Positions 9,326 to 17,782 of a DNA stretch of 64,000 nucleotides are shown here, piece after piece; position 1 is the first letter of the stretch, and every line of letters begins with the position of its first letter. Below the pieces are notes generated by a model that saw only the letters and a list, made by a program, of their open reading frames with translations, searched no databases and was not told where the DNA came from. Source of the DNA: Bacteroidales bacterium (lineage in GTDB: Bacteria; Bacteroidota; Bacteroidia; Bacteroidales; P3); assembly GCA_017633985.1 (NCBI GenBank), contig JAGBOF010000033.1, positions 3,774 to 67,773 of the forward strand. Reading direction: 5' to 3'. The position numbers and the translations under genes were made by a program.

Positions 9326-9598
9326 CTATTCCTCCAAATTCTTCACAATCGTTTTTTCGCCGTTAAAAGATTTTGTTATTTGTTTATTCAAGAAATCCCA
9401 ATTTCGTTCTATTGCATTGATTAACATTGAATTTTCCTTGTTAGTCAGCGAAGATTCTGCGATTTCCACACATTTAACCCCGTTCTTTTCTATCCATATT
9501 TTGGCGACAGAATGCATTTTGCGTGAGCCTCTTCTGAATATATGAATATGCCTGCGGTTGTCAAACATATCAGTAGGTATAGATACCAGCAAAAACAT
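9326..9598 (-). CDS. DUF4160-like small protein
   Basis: About 91 aa counted from the Met at 9598. The N-terminus (MFLLVSIPTDMFDNRRHIHIF) resembles the DUF4160 'HxH' N-terminal motif. A TATTTTTG box lies at 9653-9660. Confidence 0.5.
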   Translation of the reverse strand: MFLLVSIPTDMFDNRRHIHIFRRGSRKMHSVAKIWIEKNGVKCVEIAESSLTNKENSMLINAIERNWDFLNKQITKSFNGEKTIVKNLEE

Positions 9599-9652
9599 TT
9601 TCAAAAATGCCAATTGTCCCATTAGTAAAGTTATTTTGCGGTTAAATTTTTG

Positions 9653-9660
9653 CAAAAATA
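9653..9660 (-). promoter_or_regulatory. -7 box TATTTTTG (DUF4160/DUF2442 pair)
   Basis: TAnnTTTG match on the minus strand. It lies inside the ORF-track N-terminal extension, which argues for an internal start. Confidence 0.5.
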
Positions 9661-9763
9661 CTGTTTTTTATTGTAATGTTAAAGTTTTTGAGACAAATAT
9701 TAGGCTGTCACAATATTTTTATATGCGTTACAAACATGTATTACTGTATTCTATAAATTAAGA

Positions 9764-9885
9764 TGCCGTCCCGCAAAATTAATCAGCGATAAGAAAAAAT
9801 TATTCTGCGTGATTAGTAAAATAATCTGCGAGAATAATTTTTTCTTCTCGCAGATTATTTTCGTAAAGCGGCGTCTTATTTCCGC
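9764..9885. repeat. 21-nt phased GC-core/AT-linker array (6 units) 3' of LRR gene A
   Basis: Cores GCCGTCCCGC, CAGCGAT, CTGCGTG, CTGCGAG, CTCGCAG and GCGGCGTC. The last five are spaced 22, 21, 21 and 21 nt apart. The interior is nearly identical to 14524-14632. Confidence 0.8.
9820..9859 (-). terminator. Perfect 15-bp hairpin inside the array (likely terminator of LRR gene A)
   Basis: AATAATCTGCGAGAA (9820-9834) pairs with TTCTCGCAGATTATT (9845-9859) around a 10-nt T-rich loop. It lies about 45 nt after the stop codon. Confidence 0.6.
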
Positions 9886-9901
9886 AGCTTGTATTTTGAT
9901 A

Positions 9902-12900
9902 TTATTCAATTATCAGCGGCTGCGTGAATTTTCCTACGTTGATATAGTATACTCCCGTCTCAAAATCGCTAACATTGATATCTTTAACGCCTTTAATGTT
10001 CTTGATTTCTCTAACAATCTGGCCTTTGTTATCAATTATCTTAATATCACCGTCGGCATGAATAGTTACTCTGTCTTTTGCAGGATTCGGATAAATACTT
10101 ATTATCTTTTCTTGTGTAATTTCCTCAATACCTGCAGTGACTTGTAGGTATAAAGTAACAATACTGTCGCATCCGTCATCGGTTTGAAGATTTAAGGTAT
10201 ATTCACCCGCATCTGATTCGGTAAATCCGTAACCATTGTAGGTTTCACCTGCATTTATTTCTGCATAAATATACGTCCTCGTCACCCCGCACGGTGTTAT
10301 GGTATCATGAAGATAAACAGTATCTATTGTATTAACGGTATCGTACAATGTTAAGGTGATAGTGTCTGTTAATGTGACAGTGTCTGTCTGCGTTAATGTG
10401 ATTGTGTCGGTTAATGTGACGGTATCGTATAGTGTTAAGGTGATAGTGTCGGTTGTATTGATAGTATCGTATAGCGTTAAGGTGATTGTATCAGTTAAAG
10501 TAACTGTATCGGTCTGTATCAAGGTGATTGTGTCAATTGTATTGATTGTATCGTATAGTGTTAAAACTATTGTGTCAGTTGTATTGATAGTATCATACAA
10601 TGTTAAAGTAACAGTGTCGGTCGTGTTGATAGTATCGTATAATGTTAAGGTGATAGTGTCAGTTAAAGTTACGGTATCTGTTTTAAGTGTTGTAAGGTTT
10701 AATCTAATAATGCTGTCGCAACCGTTAATTGTCTGAAGGTTTTGAATGTAATTGCCTTCGGATTGCTGGGTAAAACCGTTTAATGTATATGTATCCCCAC
10801 TTTGGATAATGCTTTCAATAAGCGTATCGTATGAAGGATTGACTGTCAGATTCAAAGTAACGATGCTGTCGCATTCATACTTGTTTAACAGATTTGCAAC
10901 ATATTCACCCGATTGTGTAAGCGTCTGTCCGTTAAATTCGAATCCGTCTCCCTGACATATACTTTTGTTAACAACGGTGTATTCCGTGTCACCCAAACGG
11001 TGTAATACCTCCGTGGAATACGTCCAGGTATTGTAATAACTGTCGAAACTGCCGCAAGGGACCCATATCCAGTCAGTCCCGCCTCTGTAGAACCTGTCAT
11101 AGCCTACAAAAGGAGCAGTCAAAGGGTAAGCATATACGGTATCAATGTAACAATCCTTAAACAAACGTTGAGGTAAACTTGTTACGTTCTCGTCAATTGT
11201 TAAGGTTTTGATATTATTACATTGATTGAATACTCCGTTAGGGTCACCGTAAGTATGCATAATGCTTGTGCAAGACGGAGAATTATAATTAATGATTTGT
11301 AAACTGTCACAGTTGGAAAATGCGCCTTCTTCCAATGTGTCCACCTTGTTGCTTACAGTTACTTCCTTAATATTTGTTCCCGAAAAAGCAAACACTCCGA
11401 TTCTTCTTACGTTGTCAGGCAGAGTTATATCTGCTTTTTTATTGTTTCTTAAGAAATAATGCGGGATGTATTCAACATCATTGCTGATTGTTACGTTTGT
11501 TAACGCCGTGTCATTGTCAAACATACCCAATCCTTCAAAGCAAGCATTATAATCAACATATACAGGATTATATTCAACTGCCGTAAGGTTAGGACAATAA
11601 GCAAAAGCTGCGCAACCGATAGAGGTTACCGTCTCGGGAATTGTCACCTCACTGATAGCAGTGGATGCAAAAGCATATTTACCTATTGAAGTGACATTGT
11701 CAGGCAGCGGTGCCGAAATAAGGTTGCCGCAATTGTTAAATGCATAATCGCCTATTTTCTTCAAAGAATTAGGAAAAGTCAATGAGGTTATCCCCTTTTC
11801 ATTGCTAAGTAAATAATTAGGTATTGTTTCTACATTACTGCCAATAACAAAGTTTTGAATTTTTCCATTCCTTGCAAGACCGTTAGAATAATCGGACGTA
11901 TATACTGCATTCTTTGCATTATAATATACAAACTCTAATGAATCACAACCTAACAGCGGAGTAATACCTATACTGTCAATCCCTTCAGGAATAGTAAATG
12001 TTTTCAATCTATTACAGTTTGCAAACAAATACCACGGGATAACTTCAACGTCATTTCCTATTGTTGCTGTTTCCACGTTAGTCCAATTGACAGAATGATT
12101 GTATATGTCTCCTAAACTATTACAATGCTTGGCATTCCAATGAACGGTTTTTAAACTTGTAGTATTTCCGAAGGCATTATTGCCCATATAAGTTAGACCT
12201 GCAGGAATGGTTATTTCACTGACAGATACTACTCCTTCAAAAGCACCGTTATCTATTGTCTGTAAACTGTCAGGAAAAGTAATTGACGTAATTCGGTTAC
12301 AACCGCTGAATGCATATGCTCCGATACTCCTTAAGGAAGCAGGGAAATTTACCTGTGTTATCTTCGGGCAACCGGCAAACAGATTGTTAGGTAATTTTTG
12401 AACTTCATTTCCTATAATAACCTTATCCAAATTACCTGCAACAACTTTTGACTTATAAAAATCATTTGCTCTGTCAGATGGATGAATTGTATGATAATCT
12501 ATACTAATTGCATTATAATACATAGTCTTCAAACTATCACACCCGGTAAAGATTTCCCAACCTAAATAAGTTACAGTCTTCGGAATTGTTATTTCTTTAA
12601 GTTTAGTACAACCATAAAAAGCGTTATTGCATAGAGAATCAAGACCTTCCTGTACAATACAAGTTTCCAGACTTGAAGAAAGATAAAATGCATGGTCTCC
12701 GATGTATTTTAATGAAGAAGACAGAGTAAGAGATGTTAAATTATCACTTCTGAAGAATGCCCATGGACTTATGTATTTTACGGTGGACGGAAGTGTAAGC
12801 GTATAGTCTTGGGTTGCCATTCCCCTCGCATGAACGATTAAGGTGTCTTTTGCTTTATTATACAAACACCTGTTTTCCATAACATAGTTAGTGTTACCCT

Positions 12901-13261
12901 CTTCCAATGTTATTTCAAAAGCTCCGTGAAAAGCACCGCATTCAATATATTTAACGGTATTAGGAATTGTAATATTTGTCCTGCCTGTTACACTACCGTA
13001 ATATCCGATTTGATATCCGATACTCGTGACGGTATATTCGTCGCCGTTGTAAGTAACTTTCGATGGTATAACAATGTTAGTACTGTTACCTGTGATACTT
13101 GTCATTTTTACTTCAAAGTTAGGATAAACATTAGAAGTAATTTGATAATACAATCCGCCTGAACTGAAATAACTGCCTACGGTTTGTGCATTAGTTTGCA
13201 CACATGTCAATCCTAAACAATAAAGGATTGCAACTAATAAAACTTTTTTCAATTTTGCCAT
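9902..13261 (-). CDS. BspA-type leucine-rich-repeat (LRR_5) surface protein with a T9SS C-terminal sorting domain (LRR gene A)
   Basis: 1119 aa. The signal peptide is MAKLKKVLLVAILYCLGLTCVQTNAQ. It has more than 20 LRR_5-like units (IP..V..IG..AF..C..L..I), Cys-bracketed GCDS modules and a Thr-rich DT(V/I)TL repeat tract. The Por-type CTD reads IYPNPAKDRVTI ... GVYYINVGKFTQPLIIE. Confidence 0.85.
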   Translation of the reverse strand: MAKLKKVLLVAILYCLGLTCVQTNAQTVGSYFSSGGLYYQITSNVYPNFEVKMTSITGNSTNIVIPSKVTYNGDEYTVTSIGYQIGYYGSVTGRTNITIPNTVKYIECGAFHGAFEITLEEGNTNYVMENRCLYNKAKDTLIVHARGMATQDYTLTLPSTVKYISPWAFFRSDNLTSLTLSSSLKYIGDHAFYLSSSLETCIVQEGLDSLCNNAFYGCTKLKEITIPKTVTYLGWEIFTGCDSLKTMYYNAISIDYHTIHPSDRANDFYKSKVVAGNLDKVIIGNEVQKLPNNLFAGCPKITQVNFPASLRSIGAYAFSGCNRITSITFPDSLQTIDNGAFEGVVSVSEITIPAGLTYMGNNAFGNTTSLKTVHWNAKHCNSLGDIYNHSVNWTNVETATIGNDVEVIPWYLFANCNRLKTFTIPEGIDSIGITPLLGCDSLEFVYYNAKNAVYTSDYSNGLARNGKIQNFVIGSNVETIPNYLLSNEKGITSLTFPNSLKKIGDYAFNNCGNLISAPLPDNVTSIGKYAFASTAISEVTIPETVTSIGCAAFAYCPNLTAVEYNPVYVDYNACFEGLGMFDNDTALTNVTISNDVEYIPHYFLRNNKKADITLPDNVRRIGVFAFSGTNIKEVTVSNKVDTLEEGAFSNCDSLQIINYNSPSCTSIMHTYGDPNGVFNQCNNIKTLTIDENVTSLPQRLFKDCYIDTVYAYPLTAPFVGYDRFYRGGTDWIWVPCGSFDSYYNTWTYSTEVLHRLGDTEYTVVNKSICQGDGFEFNGQTLTQSGEYVANLLNKYECDSIVTLNLTVNPSYDTLIESIIQSGDTYTLNGFTQQSEGNYIQNLQTINGCDSIIRLNLTTLKTDTVTLTDTITLTLYDTINTTDTVTLTLYDTINTTDTIVLTLYDTINTIDTITLIQTDTVTLTDTITLTLYDTINTTDTITLTLYDTVTLTDTITLTQTDTVTLTDTITLTLYDTVNTIDTVYLHDTITPCGVTRTYIYAEINAGETYNGYGFTESDAGEYTLNLQTDDGCDSIVTLYLQVTAGIEEITQEKIISIYPNPAKDRVTIHADGDIKIIDNKGQIVREIKNIKGVKDINVSDFETGVYYINVGKFTQPLIIE
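10300..10690 (-). repeat. In-frame Thr-rich periodic repeat tract (TDT[VI]TL / TLYDTINT units)
   Basis: The protein reads LKTDTVTLTDTITLTLYDTINTTDTVTLTLYDTINT ... DTVYLHDTITPCG. The plus-strand shadow ORF reads VSVNVTVSV. Confidence 0.85.
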
Positions 13262-13599
13262 TTTCTTTCTTATTTTATTATGATTAATAATTTAATTTGT
13301 TCTTTACAATACATAAAAAGAAACCGTGGGAAACTTTTCTTGTTTATCACTTTTCCACGGTCTTTTCTACGAACCTTATTCCATCTAAACATACAAAGCC
13401 CACGATTTCTCGTGAGCGAGGCTTTCATGTTCTTTAGGAATAATATTACTTTTTATAGTGTAGAAAAGTTTTGGAAAAGTAATACGAACACAAAGCTAAC
13501 GCTTTATTTCTCTTATGTCAATATTTTATTATCTTATTTTCTAAATCATATCGTATTTATCCTTAATATAATATTTTATTTTCACCCCTTTATCTTATG
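13262..13599 (-). promoter_or_regulatory. Long conserved 5' leader of LRR gene A (candidate cis-regulatory RNA)
   Basis: It lies between the -7 box (13600-13607) and the ATG (13261). It shares blocks with the LRR gene B leader: hairpin ACCGTGG..CCACGGT (13323-13361), hairpin AAAGCC-CACGATTTCTCGTG-..-GGCTTT (13395-13425) and CTAACGCTTTATT (near 13495). Confidence 0.5.
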
Positions 13600-13607
13600 C
13601 AAAAGTA
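13600..13607 (-). promoter_or_regulatory. -7 box TACTTTTG (LRR gene A promoter)
   Basis: The reverse complement of caaaagta. The same GCAAAAGTAC context recurs at 18122-18131 upstream of LRR gene B. Confidence 0.55.
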
Positions 13608-13775
13608 CAAATATTTCTTTAATTAGCAAAATATCGCTCTATTCCTCTGACAAATCAAAGCGTGAACTGTCTAAAAGTTATATTTAAACCCTGTAGACAA
13701 CAAACCCTTGTTACCCGCACCTCAATCAAGAAAGGACTTACACTTTTTACCTATTTCAACACCTATCTGCGTGAC

Positions 13776-14273
13776 TTAAAAAGCCAATTGCATAGTATTG
13801 TCGTTCTCTGTCGGCACGCTGTTGTTATCCAATGCCTTCGTTCTTTCATTTCTATAGCATAGTCCAAGTCCAATATAAGAATAGAAATTAACCGAATTGC
13901 TGCGTGACCAAATTCTTTTAACGGTAGGAACAAAGTAATAATAGCGTCTTAAGTTCTCTTCCCTGTAATCGGAGCTGTGATAAGTCTCTCTTGTTATTGT
14001 TTTGTTGGCACTGAAACCTGCAAAAGCGCCGAAAGCAAGTTTATCCGAGTAGTTATAGCTGTAATCAACTGCGTATGAGCCGTAAGCCGTCATATCGTCG
14101 GGTGTAACAAGTCCGAAAGTAATAACCGCCACTAATATGTCAGCAAACATACGTCCGTCGGTAGAAGGCAAAACTCCTGCGGAAATACCTATATCGTGTT
14201 TGCCGTTTTGCGCCTGTGCCAAACAGGGAATAAACAATAATCCTAATAAGAACCCGATAATCAGTTTTTTCAT
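13776..14273 (-). CDS. Small outer-membrane beta-barrel (porin-family) protein
   Basis: 165 aa. The signal peptide is MKKLIIGFLLGLLFIPCLAQA. It shows alternating aromatic/aliphatic beta-strand patterns and a C-terminal Phe. Confidence 0.6.
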   Translation of the reverse strand: MKKLIIGFLLGLLFIPCLAQAQNGKHDIGISAGVLPSTDGRMFADILVAVITFGLVTPDDMTAYGSYAVDYSYNYSDKLAFGAFAGFSANKTITRETYHSSDYREENLRRYYYFVPTVKRIWSRSNSVNFYSYIGLGLCYRNERTKALDNNSVPTENDNTMQLAF

Positions 14274-14366
14274 ATTCTCTGAAAGTTTTATGTTTTTTGT
14301 TGTTAAATAATTTTCACTGTGTTCATTGCAGTTTCATCATCATTGATGAGGATGTAATCAGTGGTG

Positions 14367-14374
14367 CAAAATTA
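14367..14374 (-). promoter_or_regulatory. -7 box TAATTTTG (small OMP gene)
   Basis: The reverse complement of caaaatta, about 95 nt upstream of the ATG at 14273. Confidence 0.5.
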
Positions 14375-14523
14375 CAAAAAATTCTGCAATTCGCTGCCGT
14401 TTTATGGCAGACTTATGTTTTGCCGCGGTCATAAATTTCCGTAACGCAGCCTTACAACACAACCAAACGTCTTTTTAATGTCAAAATTCATCAAATGCCC
14501 ATAGTCAAAAAACGTTTACTTAA

Positions 14524-14632
14524 AATAAGACGCCGTCCCGCGAAATTAATCAGCGATAAGAAAAAATTAATCTGCGTGATTAATAAAATAATCTGCGAGA
14601 ATAATTTTTTCTTCTCGCAGATTATTTTCAGA
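14524..14632. repeat. 21-nt phased GC-core/AT-linker array 3' of LRR gene B
   Basis: AAGACGCCGTCCCGCG, CAGCGAT, CTGCGTG, CTGCGAG, CTCGCAG. It is near-identical to 9764-9860. Confidence 0.8.
14587..14626 (-). terminator. Perfect 15-bp hairpin inside the array (likely terminator of LRR gene B)
   Basis: AATAATCTGCGAGAA (14587-14601) pairs with TTCTCGCAGATTATT (14612-14626). Confidence 0.6.
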
Positions 14633-14647
14633 GTTTGTAATCTCTTA

Positions 14648-17600
14648 TTATTCAATTATCAATGGTTGCGTGAATTTACCTACTTTTATGTAGTAAATTC
14701 CCGCCTTGAAATCCTTAATATTGATATCAAGTTGTTGAGATTGTATGTCGGATTTATAGACAACTTGTCCCGCATTGTTAATAATAGTTATTACCTTATC
14801 ACCATCCAATATCAAATGTCCGATATCCAATGTAACTTTGTCTTTTGCAGGATTCGGATAAATATTCAGTGAAACGGTTTCCGTAATGCCGTCTATTCCG
14901 CTGTCGTGCTTATAGTGGATTGTCGTAGTTACTATACTGTCGCAACCGAATTGGGATTGAAGCGTATCAATAATTACTTCGTCGTATTCATCCATGGTTG
15001 CATCTTCAAGTATACGCGTTTCTTCTGCACTGACGCTGTATGTCTGATGAGCGGTAAGCGTCAATACGATTATGCTGTCCTTATCCATGTTTACGTGAAC
15101 GGTGTCTTTGTATTCTCCCGCAACGCTTAATTCCCGTCCGTTAAAGTTATAGGTTTCTCCCTCGCATATTGATGCCTCGATATTTACCGTAACGATTTCT
15201 TTATTGCAACCTGTTTCGGTATAATTGGCGAACATGTTCCACCAAGCTGCGGATTTGTAAGTATTCATTGCACCGCACGGAACAAAGACAGGTATGGTGT
15301 TCAAAACTTCTTCGAATGTGGAGCTGTAGATTGTCGGCGGCACTTCTGCGTAAGATACGATCGTGTCCATGTTTTCACAAAATGCAAACGCCTTTTTGTC
15401 AATCTTGGCAACGCCTGTGCCTAATTCCAGATATGAAAGGTTGCCGCAATTGCTGAATGCGTATGTTCCGATGTTTTTTACGCTATTAGGAAGTATTATT
15501 TTGTTGATTTTATGAAATTTGGATATGAACTTACTGTCTTGGTCAGGATTGTAAGGGTTATAGTTTAAGGTTCTGCCTTGAAGAAGTTTGGCGGGGATGT
15601 TTTCAACCTTATCTCCGAAAATAAATGCGGATATATTGGTGTCACCGTCAAACATAGGATAAACTTCATCTTCGTAGTCTTCATCGTAAATATACGAAGC
15701 ATTAATGGCGTTCCATCTGACTGTATCCAGCGATGTGCAATCTGCGAATGCCTGTTCGCCTATCTTTTCCACATTTTCAGGAATAGTGACAGTCTTTAAG
15801 TTCTTACATCCGCGGAACACATTGGAACCAATAGATTTCAGACTGTTCGGCAAAATTATACTGTCAGTTAGAAAATTACGGAATAAGCCCTCGTCAAGTT
15901 TTTCGACATTGCTGCCGATATTTACCTTTGTTATGGTCGGATTTGTCGAGAACACGTAAGAACCGCATGAAGCATTGACGGCATTATAGTTCAATGTGTC
16001 AAGGTTTGTACATTCTGGAAAAACATAACGTTCTATTGTATCTACATTTTCAGGGATTGTGACGGAAGTTAGACCTATGCAATTAGCAAAAGCATTTTCT
16101 CCTATAAATGTAACCGATGACGGAATTTCTATTTTCGTTATCTTCTTAAATCTATTGTCAGCTATCGTGTCGAAAATATATTCTTGTGTTTGGTAATCGA
16201 AGTTTGCCATAATATCCATAGGTCCGTATAATATCGCTTGAGGAATTCTTTTTACTCCGTCTGCAAATATAAATGAAGATATATTGACGGATTCGGAGAA
16301 TGGACTTTCAGAATAATCGTGTGTGCAATTAACTGCATTAAAATTAACGGTTGTTAAACTTTTGTTGTCTGAAAATGCATGTACTCCGATACTTTCAACG
16401 GCGGCAGGAATAGTTAAATCAGTAATGCCAAGCCCCGTCAAAGACAAATCGCCTATTGTTTTAACGCTTTCAGGCAGTGATAATGATTTTATTTTGTTAA
16501 AATCCAAGGTGTCAGTGTATAAATAATCACCCTTATCATCTGCAATGTTTTTCAATTCCTGCTTGAAAAGTTTATCAGGAATAACTTCTACATTTTCTCC
16601 GAAGTTAATTTCAGAGATATTTGTATCAGCGTAGAACATAGAGTGATTTTGTGAATAATATGAAGCCTTATAGTAACAATTCTTCGCATTGAAATTAACT
16701 TTTGTCAGAGACGGAAGATCGGCAAAAGCTTCTGTGCCGATGGTATCAACTGTTGATGGGATAGTTATCTCTGTCAAGCCCGTGTTCATAAATGCCGAAT
16801 CTCCTATAATCCGTACTCCGTCAGGAATAGTAACGGAAGAAAGATTTATCTGATTCAATAAAAACTTATCGGGAATAGCTTCCACACTGTCCCCTATGTT
16901 TACAGTTGTAATGTTGAAGCTTCCAAAAATATGTTTTTTGCTTAATTGGAAATCGTAGGAGTCATAATATATACGGGAGGTTATGTCATATAAGCCATTT
17001 AATTCATTTTGCCAAGCGTTTCTCTTTTGAAATACAAATGCAGCAGCTTTAGCATTATAGTTCAAGGTTTTTAATTGTTTTATTCCGTGAAAACAATCTA
17101 ATCCGAATTCTTTTACTGACGCAGGAATGGTAATTGTGTTAATTTTAGGGAATCTGCATACAATACTGTCATAATAAGTGTATGAGAAGTCCCATATCCG
17201 AATTGTATCTTCGTCTAAAAATCCGTTGGGGATAACTTCCACATGGTTTCCTATATTAACCGTAGATATATTGGTATCTCTGTCAAACATGCTTCCCACT
17301 ATATCATACTCACTTTTATATACCGTAGCGTTATAAGCACGTATTGCATTATAATTTACGGTTTGCAGTTTTGTACATAAAGCAAACGCTTTGTTACCTA
17401 CAACCTTTACATTTTCAGGAATTGTAATTGTAGTTAGATTGTAGCAGTTGTAGAATGAGGAATCTCCTATTACCTGCATGGAATTAGGGAAAACTACTGA
17501 TTGAATGCCTAATCCGGGAAATGCTCCGTTGTCTACGGCATTTACCGTGAATGTTTTGTTGCCGTGACTGACGGATGACGGTATATTAACATTCGAAAGA

Positions 17601-17782
17601 TTTGCATAGCTGTAGTTGTTAATGACTTTTACTGTGCTGTCGGATGTTACTTCGAAGTACAGCTTACCGTCGGTAATCGTGTCGGCAATGTTATCACCGC
17701 TTCCGTGTGCCTTTGTTTGCTCACCTACCAGTCCCAATAATATAAGGACTGCAATTGATAAAGATTTTAATGATTTTTTCAT
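14648..17782 (-). CDS. BspA-type LRR surface protein with a T9SS C-terminal sorting domain (LRR gene B)
   Basis: The start is set at the Met giving signal peptide MKKSLKSLSIAVLILLGLVG. It has LRR_5-like units throughout and the CTD NIYPNPAKDKVTL ... GIYYIKVGKFTQPLIIE. It lacks the Thr-rich tract. Confidence 0.85.
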   Translation of the reverse strand: MKKSLKSLSIAVLILLGLVGEQTKAHGSGDNIADTITDGKLYFEVTSDSTVKVINNYSYANLSNVNIPSSVSHGNKTFTVNAVDNGAFPGLGIQSVVFPNSMQVIGDSSFYNCYNLTTITIPENVKVVGNKAFALCTKLQTVNYNAIRAYNATVYKSEYDIVGSMFDRDTNISTVNIGNHVEVIPNGFLDEDTIRIWDFSYTYYDSIVCRFPKINTITIPASVKEFGLDCFHGIKQLKTLNYNAKAAAFVFQKRNAWQNELNGLYDITSRIYYDSYDFQLSKKHIFGSFNITTVNIGDSVEAIPDKFLLNQINLSSVTIPDGVRIIGDSAFMNTGLTEITIPSTVDTIGTEAFADLPSLTKVNFNAKNCYYKASYYSQNHSMFYADTNISEINFGENVEVIPDKLFKQELKNIADDKGDYLYTDTLDFNKIKSLSLPESVKTIGDLSLTGLGITDLTIPAAVESIGVHAFSDNKSLTTVNFNAVNCTHDYSESPFSESVNISSFIFADGVKRIPQAILYGPMDIMANFDYQTQEYIFDTIADNRFKKITKIEIPSSVTFIGENAFANCIGLTSVTIPENVDTIERYVFPECTNLDTLNYNAVNASCGSYVFSTNPTITKVNIGSNVEKLDEGLFRNFLTDSIILPNSLKSIGSNVFRGCKNLKTVTIPENVEKIGEQAFADCTSLDTVRWNAINASYIYDEDYEDEVYPMFDGDTNISAFIFGDKVENIPAKLLQGRTLNYNPYNPDQDSKFISKFHKINKIILPNSVKNIGTYAFSNCGNLSYLELGTGVAKIDKKAFAFCENMDTIVSYAEVPPTIYSSTFEEVLNTIPVFVPCGAMNTYKSAAWWNMFANYTETGCNKEIVTVNIEASICEGETYNFNGRELSVAGEYKDTVHVNMDKDSIIVLTLTAHQTYSVSAEETRILEDATMDEYDEVIIDTLQSQFGCDSIVTTTIHYKHDSGIDGITETVSLNIYPNPAKDKVTLDIGHLILDGDKVITIINNAGQVVYKSDIQSQQLDINIKDFKAGIYYIKVGKFTQPLIIE

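Noticed and set aside
9809-10147. Plus-strand ORFs (9809-10147, 14495-14872, 62414-62632) sharing 'IICENNFFFSQIIF' or 'LLFNYQRLREFSY' peptides
   Set aside because: The shared peptides are translations of the intergenic 21-nt arrays and of the antisense strand of the conserved T9SS CTD. The conservation is explained by those features and not by coding.
10356-10736. 126-aa plus-strand ORF reading VSVNVTVSVCVNVIVSV
   Set aside because: It is the reverse-complement reading of the DT(V/I)TL repeat tract of LRR gene A. It is an artefact of the repeat's codon periodicity.
9902-13261. Diversity-generating retroelement (DGR) or invertible-promoter control of the LRR genes
   Set aside because: There is no reverse transcriptase, template repeat or recombinase gene in the window. 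I found no inverted repeats bracketing the -7 boxes at 13600 or 18123.
13280-13687. 135-aa plus-strand ORF, plus small minus-strand uORFs, inside the LRR gene leaders
   Set aside because: The plus-strand ORF is AT-rich nonsense on the opposite strand. The minus-strand uORFs, 52 codons in leader A and 25 in leader B, start at non-homologous positions and are not conserved as peptides.
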